Shown here: one piece after another, positions 25,521 to 38,877 of the stretch
How positions within the stretch are numbered: the first letter of the stretch is position 1
Layout of the letters: each line of letters starts with the position of its first letter
Assembly (NCBI RefSeq): GCF_020745735.1
Contig: NC_083449.1
Span: forward strand, 13,069,868-13,133,867
Length of the DNA: 64,000 bases
Origin: Hemiscyllium ocellatum
Taxonomy: Eukaryota
Reading direction: 5' to 3'
Notes under the pieces: model-generated
What the model was told of the DNA's origin: nothing
The model's database searches: none
The model's input: the letters and a program-made list of their open reading frames with translations, nothing else
Program-made: the position numbers and the translations under genes

Positions 25521-26716
25521 GTAATAAGAATGTTTGTGTAATTATTGTTTTCTCTTTGTCAGTGTCTGCAATGTTAATATGTAAGAGCAACTATCAATTT
25601 ACATCTGACAGTTGCTGTCATGATGACATGGGAGTTCAGTAATTGATGGATAAAACATCAGCTTCTGATGTGTGACTATGACAGTGAAGTTCTCCATCTG
25701 TACTAATCACTTCCTACTTTTGGGTATCAAAGTGGTTTAATTCTCTGGCAGCCAGGAATATTCCCTGTGATTCTGTATCATTCTGTGATAGCAGTTATCA
25801 GTGTATTGAGCGTGGGGTCTTAATCTCTGCTGCATTTTGTGATTTCTGAGTTTTCTCTCAATCTTTGGGGAAGGGGTCAGCAGATGGTATCTAGTTCACA
25901 ATCCCAACCATTACTGGAAACTGTTTTGCAGAACAATTAAAGAATAGAATGTACGAGCACAGATTGAATGGGAGGAATGGCCTTCATCTGTGTTGTCCCA
26001 ATTCTGAGATTCTGATTCTGGTGTGAAAAGGAAAACACATCCCGCTGTATGAAATATTGGTACAAAACTACCATGTAGAAATGGACAGACCGGCTAATTA
26101 AAATACCAGCTCTTGTTGCTCAGTGTGGGATGTTTCCCTTTTCAGGGGTTCGGTACTATCACTGAGACACATCGTTTCATTTTGTAATCAGGCATTGATA
26201 GCGTTTTTTTGTGAGAGAGTTTTATTCTGCATCTGCCTGTCCATGCTACATGATAGGTTTTTATTGCTGAACATGATTTAATGGTTGTGTCTTTGAATGG
26301 GACTACTATTTCTCAAAGATTATTTTTGTCCTGCTCAGTTACTGTTAACATCAAAAGTTGCCTTTTGGATCTGCACTCAATAACTACTGCATATATGGTT
26401 ACTCCAGCTATGTAACAGCATGATCTATTTGTTCATCTTGATTGTAACTTTGAAAATTCTCTAACTGTGGATTTAATGCAGTTCCTGACTGTCTGTTTCC
26501 AGTGAGGATTCAGTGTATCCCTTTTCAAATCTGAATGACAATGCGCCTTGAATGATGACATTTATTGCATCTGCGCTGGTCCATAGTGAGAATTGGCTGT
26601 GTTTTACTCATGGATTGAAGGTATATCTCTGGAAAGTGAGCTTTTTGTGAGTCTGCCTCAATCCATTCTGTAATTGTGGAAAGGACCTGCCCCCAGCTCA
26701 GACAGTGGTAACATAC

Positions 26717-26798
26717 CTGCTGTTTGGAAGGAGCAGCTGCTCACACTTGGCTTTATACCGAGGTCATATTACATTGTCTTGGGCCATTGAATATTTGC
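26717..26798 (-). other. 82-nt exon-like module copy (intact AG/GT)
   Basis: tcttctgtcttcctccAG|...CAG|GTATGT. Confidence 0.65.
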
Positions 26799-28877
26799 CT
26801 GGAGGAAGACAGAAGATTTATCTCCTTTAAATCAACATTAGCTAAGTTTGGTAATATCAAACTGAGCAATGAAATTTTGAGTTAATAGTTATGATGATCT
26901 TTATAAAGCCAGCAATGGGAACAGAGCAGGCGTTGGTTCCACTTTTGCCCTCAGCTGCTCCTGCTCTCTTTTTGTGAAATTATAGAGCAATTTATTAAGA
27001 TACAAAAATTAACCAAGACCTCTACAGCTCCATGATTGGGATGCTTACACAGTTCCAAACCAAGATCCCAATACACTAACTATTGAAGAACAACACACAC
27101 TATTTCAAATACTATATTTGAGGCTTTTGATCCAATGATTATCATATTTATTCTTTACTAAACTGTGACATTCATATATATTATCTTTATTTCCACAGCT
27201 GAAAGTTCATTCACAACAAACAATGCGAAACAGAAACCAAACAATTTATTCCAATCAGTATTCAGAGGATTGCAAACTACAACAATGATATATAGTTCAC
27301 AGTCCCAACAATTAATGTAAACTAGTAATAGAAGGGATAAAGAATAGAATGTCCAACTGTAGACACAATGAGCTAATTGGACTGCTTCTGTGCTCTACAA
27401 AATCTGTGATTCTGATTCTAATGATAAAGGAAATTACATCCAGTTCTTTAAACTATCCATGTAAAAATATCATGGAGAAATGGACAGACCATCTTATTTA
27501 CAAGGCTGGTCCGGTACATAGTGTGGCATAGTTCCCTTCCTAATGTTCTACATTATCACTGAGACATTTACTTTCATTTTGGACTCGGATATGTTTGTGT
27601 TGTTTTGCATTAGTCAGTCACTCAATCAGAATGTGAGTATGGATAAAGTCAGCTTTTGTCAGCTAACATTGAACATGGGATTCATTCAGTCTCTCATTAT
27701 GAGTTATCAATGTGCTTCTTATTCATGGTTATTGTATTTTATATTGATGCAGTGTCATTTCAAAGTGGAATTGTCATCTTTCAGAACTGCTGGAGCTCTT
27801 TATTGTGCAAACCTTTGTATAATATCTGATACATTCTGAATAGCAATGTCATTTGTGTCACCTCCTGTCAGTGAAAGGGGATGTGTTGATATCACTGTTA
27901 ATCTCTGGCACTGTACGTCTCAGTTGAATAACTTACACAACATTGGAATCTATGGGACAATGTAGTTTACGATTGTAAGTGTATTTTGGGCATGCTGATC
28001 TCTAGACTGAATGTATGTTTTAACTTAATTATTCCTATGTTAGTCCCAGAGAAACTATATGAGAGTCTTCACACTGTACTCAAAAGTCTCTCATTATCTG
28101 TCTGAATATGGGATACTTTCTGTCCTTTCAAGTCTATATTTGATTTCCTTTCGGTCAATTTCACATCAAATTTTATATTCTGTAGTTTTGTATGAGATGT
28201 GCACTGCTTTTCAGTTTGGGGTTCCATACAAAAATATATATTTTAAAATACAATTTGGGCTGAAGTGTAATTCCTCCAATCTGTAAAATGGAATTGATGC
28301 ATGAGTTACATCTCCATATCTAAGACAGGATGAGATATTTGGAGGGGTAATTATACATAGCTCAGGTTATTTCTTGGGCAATGTCACTGGAATTTACTGC
28401 ATATCATGTGATAGGTTCAGTATTTTCTAATACAGCACACAATTGGGTTAAATTTTATGGCCAAACTGATACACTCTATTTAAATCATATAGGGAGTGTA
28501 TGTTGATGCTGAGATTGAAGCTGTTACCCTGTTCTGCTTAAACCTTTTAATGAAAGGCTCACTCTTACAACCATCGGATCATTGGGGATCTTGGGGTTTC
28601 TTTTATTCATGTCTGTGAACCTATTAACCTGGCAGTAACTCAGGACTTTGAGAGGGATTCTGTACCCATTGTGTATTGGCACCATCTCACAGCTCTCTTC
28701 CAAATGTTGACAAATGTTGGTATGTTCTGTGACTGTTTGATCTTTAATGTGAATGCAGTATTAAGTTTGCTTCTTTCTGTTCTTTGTACTGGTTGCATAC
28801 ATGGAAGTTAATTCTCTAACTGTTACCTTCAATGGAACCACGTGATTCATTCTAATGCCTTTCAAATCTCATAGACA

Positions 28878-29080
28878 GACATTTCTGCAGCCAGCAGAGA
28901 AAAATCAGAATGGTGTGTTGCCTCCCTAGTGCCAGGATCAAGGATGTCTCGGAGAGGGTGCAGAATGTTCGCAAAGGACAGAGGGACCAACAGGAGGTCA
29001 TTGTACACATTGGAACCAATGACACAGGAAGGGAAAAGGATGAGATTCTGAAGGGAGAATATAGAAAGTTAGGCAGGAAT
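28878..29080 (+). mobile_element. CR1 ORF1 (SGNH esterase-like) fragment
   Basis: VCCLPSARIKDV...VIVHIGTND. Confidence 0.85.
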
Positions 29081-30282
29081 CCAAATGGTCAATTTCAATT
29101 TATTAATCTATCAACACTGTCCAAACCTTCACAGAAAAAAATTGAGAAGCTTGACACACCTATCCATTATGGCTATTTGGTTTCTTACTGCTCTGCTATG
29201 AATGGTGACTATCTGATTCCATTGATTCATTGAGAAATCTGTACCCAGATTCCTTGTTTTTTAGTAATGCATCCTAGGGACGGTCAACAGGAATGTCAGG
29301 CTTTTTGAAGACATATGAAACAAACGTTGAAAGATGTACAGAATTATAAAGAAAAAGATTTTGCTGGAATGGGAAAAGAAAAGAAAAATGACACCTGCAA
29401 GGTGAAGCAATAAAGAATGACACTGTGAGAAAGATGGGGCTGGCAGATTCTCTGCTGTCATGATATATTTATGGAAATGGAATGCTGATTGAAAGGGTTG
29501 TTAGCTTGGTCAATTGTTATGCTGTTATGGATTGGTTTTGATCAGTGCAGACTTAATCATTTGAAGGGCTTTCTTCTGTGTTGGAGATCTCTTGCCTCGA
29601 GAGCTGAGTGTAGAAATCAGTTTGAATGTAACATTTTCTGACACTTGCAATGTATATGGATCTTCATCACTGTTTGATATCATCGTGTGTGTGTTAGGAT
29701 GTATTTGTGACTCATTATAAATCATTCAGGATTTTATGTTTGTGTGCGGAAGTGGTGGGGTGTTAGTAGTGTGTGTGTACATGCAGTAAGCCTTCTGTCC
29801 ATGTCAGGAAAGAACATTTGGAATGTACATTATACCATTGTAATGTCTTTGTATGGGACAACTATTGATCAAATGATTAATTTGGCCTCATCAGTTACTG
29901 ATAATGTCAAAGTTTCCCTTTATGTTTGCACTCAGTCTCTACTTCATACATAGTTATTGTAACTGTGTAACAATGACCTAAACTAAACTAATAACCCTTT
30001 ATACCACATTTGGATTTAATGTGGTTCCTGAGTGCAGATTTTGGATTAGCAGACAGTCTATACATATTCAGATGTGGTGAATCACGATGGGCTTTAAATG
30101 GTAAAAAGTATTGGAGCTGGCTACAGTGTGCATTCAGAGGAGAGAAGAAAATGTATTTCAACTGATGTGTTTGACTCTTGGATTAAATGTATCCCTCTGG
30201 AAATTGAGCTCAATGTGTGTCTGGTTCAATCCACTCTGTGTCTGTGGAAAGGATGTTCTCTGCCCTGACAGCAGTAACATAC

Positions 30283-30364
30283 CTGGTGTCTGGGAGAAGC
30301 AGTTGGTCACACTCGGCTTTGTACTGAGTATATATTAGATTGTCTTGGTCCAGCGAGTATGTTT
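30283..30364 (-). other. 82-nt exon-like module copy (intact AG/GT)
   Basis: tcttctgtttccctccAG|...CAG|GTATGT. Confidence 0.65.
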
Positions 30365-31497
30365 CTGGAGGGAAACAGAAGATATGTTACATCCAATTCA
30401 AACTGATCAATGCTAAATTCAAGTAATATTAATGATGATTTTGTTTTAAAGAAAGACCACATTGTGAACAAAGCATGGTTTGGTTCTGTTATTGCTCTGA
30501 GTTACTTCTAGTATCTTTTTTTGTCGAAATTATTAAACAATTTCCTGAGACACCAAACCTAACTAATATCTGTGCAGCTCCATGAATGGAATGCTTAGAT
30601 AGTTCAATATGTAGCTCCCACTACACAAACATGAAGGGAAGGGTAACAGGCGTGATTTCAAATGCTGTACCTGAGACTTTTGATCTGGTGACTGCTACAT
30701 TTATCACTTAGAGGATTGTCACAGTCAAAGTCGATTTGATTTCTACTATTCACTGCCCAGTATTAACAGACAGCCTGAAACAGAAGCCAAACAATGAATT
30801 GCCATCAATGTTCAGAGGATTGCAAGCCACAAGAATGTCCCACAGCAGCTCCTTCCCGCTCTGTCACCCACAGAAGGCCCACCCCCCCCCACCACCCCGC
30901 CACCCCGACCCAACCCCCCCACGAGAGGTTTTGACAGGGTGGATAGCAAGTAGCTTCTTCCCCATGTGGGGGATTCAATTACTCGGGGTGTTGAGAAACA
31001 ATGTAATACAAATCATCCCTTCATGGTCACATCTGTTGCAAACTATTGTTTTGTAACTATAGGGGAGGAGTGACATTCCAACTGTAATGTTCTAATTGAT
31101 TTCTGGATGAAAATGTAAGTCATCCCTGAATGGCAAGGAAATGGCCACGTAAACCTCCCACATTCCACTGATAAGACAAAGACACACCACCCTCCCCCAG
31201 GGGGCGTTCGATATCTTGCAGGTCAGCAGAGCAAATTCACTCTCTAATATCTCAGAGTTATGGTAAGGTCCTGGGGTGTGTTGCTGACCAAACAGACCTT
31301 GGAGTGTAGTTTCATAGTTCCTTGAAAGTGGGGTCCCAGGGAGACAGAATAGTGAATAACACATTTGATATGCTTGCCTTTCTTGGTCAGTGCATCGAGT
31401 ATAGGAGCTGGGAGGTCATGTTGCAGCTGTACAGGACATTGGTTATGTCACTTTTGGAACATTGTGTGCAATTCTGGTCTCCCTCCTATTCAAATAA

Positions 31498-31825
31498 TCA
31501 TAGAATCCCTACAGTGTACAAACAGGCCATTTGACCCAACATGTCCACACTGACCCTCTGAAGAGTATCCTCACCAGACCTATTCCCCAAGTAATGACTC
31601 CACATTTCCCTTGACTAATGCAACAAACCTACATATCCTTGAACACTAGGAACAATTGAGCTTGGCCAGTTCACCGAACCTGCATATCTGGAGCACCTGG
31701 AGGAAACCCACGCACACACGGGGAGCATGTGCAAGCTCCACACAGACTGTCACCCGAGGCTGCTCTCAAACCAGGGTCACTGGCGCTGTGAGGCAACAGT
31801 GCAACCCAAAGAGCCACCATGCCAC
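31498..31825 (-). mobile_element. HE1-type SINE (duplicate of 21416-21740)
   Basis: Near-identical sequence. Confidence 0.85.
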
Positions 31826-32082
31826 TGACTGGAAGAATGGTGTGAAACATGAGAGGGTGCATAAAAGATTTACAAGGATGTTGTCAAGATGGGAGGATTG
31901 GAGGGAGAGGGAGAGGCTGAATAGGCAGGGGCTGTATTCCCTAGAACTTTGGAGACTGAGGGGTGACCCTTTAGAGGTTTATAAAATAATGAAGGGTACT
32001 GATGGGGTAAATAGTAGGTGTCATTTCGCTAGGATGGGGCAGTTTTAAGACTATGGAGCGTGTTTTAAGGGGACAGTCATGA

Positions 32083-32290
32083 GGCTGGTGCTGGAAAAGC
32101 ACAGCACGTCAGGCAGTATCTGAGGAGCAGGAAAAGTGACATTTCGGGCAAAAGCCTTTCATCAGGGATTTGGGCTTTTGCCTGAAATGTCGAGTTTCCT
32201 GCCCCTTGGATACTGCCTGACCTGCTGTGCTTTTCCAGCACCACACTCTTGACTCTAAACTCCAGCATTTGCAGTCCTCACTTTCACCAT
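32083..32290. mobile_element. Palindromic Penelope-like termini (duplicate of 21990-22203)
   Basis: Near-identical sequence. Confidence 0.85.
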
Positions 32291-33458
32291 ATTTGAAGGT
32301 GAGGAGAGAGAGATTTATAAAAAGACATGAGGGGCAATTCTCTTTCCACAGATGGTGGTTCGCATGTGCAATTAACTTCCTGTGGTAGTGGTGGATGCAG
32401 ACACAGTTACAACATTTATAAGACAGTCAGATAAGTACATGAATAGGAACGGTTTGGAGGGATATGCACCAGCAGTAGGCAGGTGGGACTAGTTTAGTTT
32501 GTGATTCTAGTCAGCATGGACTGGTGGACTCAAGGGTCTATTCCTGTGCTCTATGTCTCTATGGCTCCATTATGAATTGAAGTCATTTTGAATGTATCAT
32601 TTTTCACAACCTGACATGTCATTCCATGGCTGTTCCCAATGTAACAGATGTCTCAGTACAGTGTGTGTATTTGGGACCGGTTTTACACCAGCCAGTTTGT
32701 GTGCACACTGTCACCATGCTTGTTTTGTCAGACTTTGGCACAGTATGTGTGTTTGGATTTCACATTATTTAATTGTTGTGTCTATGTATCGGACCAATTT
32801 TAATCAAAGGAGAATAATTCTGTCCTGTTTAGTGATAAGAAACCTTAATTTGTTTCATCCTCTACTTTGGCAACTTGTCCTGCCTGTGAACGCAGTTTCC
32901 TTCTATCTCTGTATTTTTAACACTGACCTTATGTATGGTTGTTGAAATGATGTAAAGGTAAAATCTATTTGTTTACCTTGATTAGAACTACAAAAATGCC
33001 CTTTTCAAATGCAGATTTAAAGGTGTCCATGACTGTCTATTTCCAATCAGGTTCAGTCTCTCCCTCGTCAAAAAATGGTGTAAATGTCAATAGGCTGTGA
33101 GTGATAAAACTTATTGGAACTGGGCTGGTGTGACTGAGAATGGAGAGAGAAAAATGTAATTCCTTGGTGGCATTTGACTCTTGATTTGAACATCTCTCTG
33201 GGAATTGACTCCAATGTAGGTCTAAAACTGAGAGAACTGCAGATGCTGTAAATCAGAAACAAAACCAGAAATTGCTGGAAAAGCTCAGCAGGTCTGCCAG
33301 TATCTGCGGAGAGAAATCAGAATTAACATTTCGGGCTGAGTTCTCAGAACCAGTTCTGAGGAAGGGTCACACGTCCCAAAACATTAACTCTGATTTCTTT
33401 CCACAGATGCTTCCAGACCTGCTGAACTTTCCTAACAATTTCTGTTTGTGTAACATTC

Positions 33459-33540
33459 CTGCTGTTTGGCAGAAGCAGCTGGTCACACTTGGTTTAGTAC
33501 TGAGGAAATATTACATTGTCTTGATTCTTTGATTATTTTC
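33459..33540 (-). other. 82-nt exon-like module copy (donor lost)
   Basis: Duplicate of 23370-23451. Confidence 0.55.
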
Positions 33541-33789
33541 CTGTAAGAAGACAGAAGAGATATCTCCTCAGCATTAGGCACGATTGCCAGAATCAAATTG
33601 AACTATGTAACATTCAGGTAGTAATCGTTAGGATGTTATTCTTTAAAACTAATGATTCAAACTGAAACATATATGTGTTTCCATTCTTGGACTGAGCTAC
33701 TATGTTTTAAGGGTTCTATACCAATTCACTGAGATCCAGAAACTAACCAATACCTGTACAGTTCATTGAACATGACCACCTGATGAAAC

Positions 33790-34755
33790 TGTGGATATGT
33801 GCATCTAGTTACCAATCTGCTTATGTTAGTTTCAAATGAATACTGCATTTGAGAAAAGTTATCAATTTTACCTGTTAGTTTCTGTGAAGAAGGTTAGGGT
33901 CTAGCCTATTTCCATGATACACTGTATTTTGAGGTGATATGGTCTGGTGCATAACAGTGAATTTAGTTATTGATCTGGACCTGTCAGATTCTGCTTTTGA
34001 ATATGAGTGTACTTTTGAAACTGTACAGTTTAAACTATCTGAATATGTGAGTGTAGTTATCAATCTGTCCCTAGATGACTTGTACATATACTTTCATGTG
34101 CACAAAGCAGAGTGTGACAGGGACAGATTAATAACTATATTCAAATGTTCACATCACATAAACTGACAGGGACAGATTGATAAATAACATCACATATCCA
34201 CCTAATAGAAACTGACAGGGACTGGCTGATAAATACATTGATATATTTAGACAGCAATCAGGCTCTGATTGTTTCATTGAGGTGAATATGTGAATTTAGT
34301 TACACAATCTGTATCTGTCCCTTTCTGACATGGGAATGTGTGGGTACAGTTATCATTCTCTCCCTGTCTGTTTCGGTTCTGTTGTCTATGTCAATGTGAG
34401 TGTAGTTGTCAATCTGTACCTGGCAGACCTTGCTGTGTGAATATGTAAATATAGTTATCAACCTGTACCTGTAAGTTTCTGCTGGCAAAATATGTGAATG
34501 TGGTTATCAGTCTTTCCCTGTCAAGCTCTCTAATGTAAATATGAGTGTATTTAACAACCTTTTCCTGTTAATTTCTGTGTTACGAAGATGTGAATGTCGT
34601 TATCAATTGTAGCTGTCAGTTTCAGCTCTGTGAAGATGCAAATGTAGTTGTCAATCTCAAACTGTCACTTTGTGCTTTGTTAATATGAGAGTCTCATTCT
34701 CCATCTTCCTCTGAAATATTACTTCTTTGTCTGCATGTGGGAGTGTATTTACCAA
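33790..34755 (-). repeat. 49-bp satellite (duplicate of 23700-24670)
   Basis: Same units and same internal inversion. Confidence 0.85.
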
Positions 34756-36793
34756 TCGGTCAAACCTTTTGACAAGGTCCCACATAAGAGACCGATTGAG
34801 AGAGTTAAATCACATGGAATTCAGGGAAACTGGAATGCACTGCCTGGGAAGGTTGTGGAAGCCACAAACCTTAGAACCTTAAAAAGATACTTGGATGAGC
34901 ACATCAAGGATATGGCACACGTGCAGCAAATTGGGATTAGTGTGCCCTCAATGGGAGTTATCATCAATGCAGACTGATATGCCGAATGGCCTTTTCTGTA
35001 CACCCTTTTCTTGACCTCTCCATTTCCATCTCCAGATGGACATTTACCCACAGACTCTCACAACGACCTGGATGACACAACCTCCCACTCAGTATTCTGC
35101 AAAAACCCCATCCCAATCTCCCAATTCCTCCACCTCCAACCCATCTGCTCGGAGAAGGAGTCATTCCACTCCCAAGCACCCAAAACGTTCACCCCGTTTA
35201 AAATCACCCCTCAGCCTCCGATGCTAATGGGATAAAAGTCCCAGACTGTTCACAATCTCCTTAAATTTCAAACCCTCTAGCCCTGGCAACAACTCTGTCA
35301 ATCATTTTTGCACCCTCTCAGGATTAACGCCATCTTCTGAAAGCAGGGTGACCAGAATGTTACACAGCATTCTACAAGTGCCCTACCTTAAGTCCTGTGC
35401 AGCCCTAACATGATGTCCCAACTCCGATACTCAATGTGCAGAGCAAAGAAGGCAAACATGGCAAGCCCCTTTTTCACATCCTTGTTCACCTGGGACTCCA
35501 CTTCCAAAGAACAACACACATGCAATCCTAGGTCTCTGTGTTTGGCAACTCTCCTCAGGATCCTACCATTGACTGTACAAGTCCTGCACTGTTTTGCGTA
35601 ATAAGAATGTTTGTGTAATTATTGTTTTCTCTTTGTCAGTGTCTGCAATGTTAATATGTAAGAACAACTATCAATCTACATCTGACAGTTGCTGTCATGA
35701 TGACATGGGAGTCCAGTAATTGATGTATAAAACATCAGCTTCTGATGTGTGACTATGACAGTGAAGTTCTCCATCTGTACTAATCACTTTCTTCTTTTGG
35801 GTATCAAAGTGGTTTAATTCTCTGGCAGCCAGGAATATTCCCTGTGATTCTGTATCATTCTGTGATAGCTGTTATCAGTGTATTGAGAGTGGGGTCTTAA
35901 TCTCTGCTGCATTTTGTGATTTCTGACTTTTCTCTCAATCTTTGGGGAAGGGGTCAGCAGATGGTATCTAGTTCACAATCCCAACCATTACTGGAAACTG
36001 TTTTGCAGAACAGTTAAAGAATAGAATGTACGAGCACAGATTGAATGGGAGGAATGGCCTACATCTGTGTTGTCCCAATTCTGAGATTCTGATTCTGGTG
36101 TGAAAAGGAAAACACATCCCGCTGTATGAAATATTGGTACAAAGCTACCATGCAGAAATGGACAGACCGGCTAATTAAAATACCAGCTCTTGTTGCTCAG
36201 TGTGGGATGTTTCCCTTTTCAGGGGTTCGGTACTATCACTGAGACACGTCGTTTCATTTTGTAATCAGGCATTGATAGTGTTTTTTGTCTGTGAGAGCTT
36301 TATTCTGCATCTGCCTGTCCATGCTACATGATAGATTTTATTGCTAAACATGATTTAATGGTTGTGTCTTTGAATGGGACTACTATTTCTCAAAGATTAT
36401 TTTTGTCCTGCTCAGTTACTGTTAATATCAAAAGTTTCCTTTTGGATCTGTACTCAATAACTACTGCATATATGGTTACTCCAGCTATGTAACAGCATGA
36501 TCTATTTGTTCATCTTGATTGTAACTTTGAAAATTCCCTAACTGTGGATTTAATGCAGTCCCTGACTGCCTGTTTCCAGTGAGGATTCAGTGTATCCCTT
36601 TTCAAATCTGAATGACAATGAGCTTTGAATGATGACACTTATTGCATCTGCGCTGGTCCACAGTGAGAATTCGCTGTGCTTTACTCATGGATTGAATGTA
36701 TATCTCTGGAAAGTGAGCTTTTTGTGAGTCTGACTCAATCTGTTCTGTAATTGTGGAAAGGACCATCCCCCAGCTCAGACAGTGGTAACATAC

Positions 36794-36875
36794 CTGCTAT
36801 TTGGAAGGAGCAGCTGCTCACACTTGGCTTTATACCGAGGTCATATTACATTGTCTTGGGCCATTGAATATTTAC
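36794..36875 (-). other. 82-nt exon-like module copy (intact AG/GT)
   Basis: Duplicate of 26717-26798. Confidence 0.65.
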
Positions 36876-38877
36876 CTGGAGGAAGACAGAAGATTTATCT
36901 CCTTTAAATCAACATTAGCTAAGTTTGGTCATATCAAACTGAGCAATGACATTTTGAGTTAATAGTTATGATGATCTTTATAAAGCCAGCAATGGGAACA
37001 GAGCAGGCTTTGGTTCCACTTTTGCCCTCAGCTGCTCCTGCTCTCTTTTTGTGATATTATAGAGCAATTTATTAAGATACAAAAATTAACCAAGCCCTCT
37101 ACAGCTCCATGATTGGGATGCTTACACAGTTCAAAACTAAGATCCCAATACACTAACTATTGAAGAATAACACACACTATTTCAAATACTATATTTGAGA
37201 CTTTTGATCCAACGACTATCATATTTATTCTTTACTGAACTGTGACATTCATATATATTATCTTTATTTCCACAGTTGAAAGTTCATTGCTAATAAACAA
37301 TGTGAAACAGAAACCAAACAATTTATTCCAATCAGTACTCAGAGGATTGCAAACTACAACAATGATATATAGTTCACAATCCCAACAATTAGTGGAAACT
37401 AGTAATAGAAGGGATAAAGAATAGAATGTCCAACTGTCGACACAATGAGCTAATTGGGCTGCTTCTGTGCTCTACAAAATCTGTGATTCTGATTCTAATG
37501 ATAAAGGAAATTACATCCAGTTGTATGGACTAGCCATATAAAAATATCATGGAGAAATGGACAGACCAACTTATTTACAAGGCTGGTCCGGTACATAGTG
37601 TGGCATAGTTTCCTTCCCAATGTTCTACATTATCACTGAGACATTTACTTTCATTTTGGACTCGGATATTGTTGTTTTGTTTTGCATGAGTCATTCTCTC
37701 AATCAGGATGTGTGTATGGATAAAATCAGCTTTTGTCAGCTAACATTGAACATGGGATTCATTCAGTCTCTCATTATGAGTTATCAATGTGCTTCTTATT
37801 CATGGTTATTGTATTTTATATTCATGCAGTGTCATTTCAAAGTGGAATTGTCATCTTTCAGAACTGCAGGAGCTCTTTATTGTTCAAACCTTTGCTATTC
37901 AGAATGTATCAGATATTATCCAATGTCATTTGTGTCAGCGCCTGTCAGTGAAAGTGGATGTGTTTATATCACTGTTAATCTCTGGCACTGTACGTCTCAG
38001 TTGAATAACTTCCACAACATTGGAATCTATGGGACAATGTAGTTTACGATTGTAAGTTTATTTTGGGCATGCCGATCTCGAGACTGAACGTATGTTTTAA
38101 ATTTATTATTCCGATGTTAGTCCCAGAGAAACTATATAAGAGTCCTCACACTGTATTCAAAAATCTCTCATTATCTGTCTGAATATGGGATACTTTGTGT
38201 CCTTTCAAGTCAATGATTTCCTTTTGGTCAGTTTCACATCAAACTTTATATTCTGTAGTTTTTTTTATGAGATGTGCTTTTCAGTTTGGGGTTCCATTCA
38301 AAAATATATATTTTAAAATACAATTTGGGCTGAAGTGTAATTTCCCCAATCTGTAAAATGGAATTCATGCATGAGTTACATCTCCATATCTAAGACAGGA
38401 TGAGATATTTGGAGGGGTAATTATACATAGCTCAAGTTACTTCTTGGGCAATGTCACTGGAATTTTATGGCCAAACTGATACACTCTATTTAAATCATAT
38501 AGGGAGTGTATGTTGATGCTGAGATTGAAGCTGTTACCCTGTTCTGCTTAAACCTTTTAATGAAAGGCTCACTCTTACAACCATCAGATCATTGGGGATC
38601 TTGGTGTTTCTTTAATCATGTCTGTGAACCTATTAACCTGGCAGTAACTCAGGACTTTGAGAGGGATTCTGTACCCATTGTGTATTGGCACCATCTCACA
38701 GCTCTCTTCCAAATGTTGACAAATGTTGCTATGTTCTGTGACTGTTTGAACTTTAATGTGAATGCAGAATTAAGTTTGCTTCTTTCTGTCCCTTGTACTG
38801 GTTGTATACATGGAAGTTAATTCTCTAACTGTTACCTTCAATGGAACCACGTGATTCATTCTAATGCCTTTCAAATC

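Larger units (their letters stand above)
20910..30866. repeat. Internal ~10-kb tandem duplication, copy A
   Basis: Near-identical to 30994-43640, with matching ORF-track translations (e.g. 23183/33272 and 30111/43032). Confidence 0.97.

Noticed and set aside
30421-30507. Box C/D snoRNA-like segment (aagtaa...ATGATGA...CTGA...ttactt)
   Set aside because: Antisense to the putative host intron, and the boxes are not kept in the close paralog at ~43340-43425.
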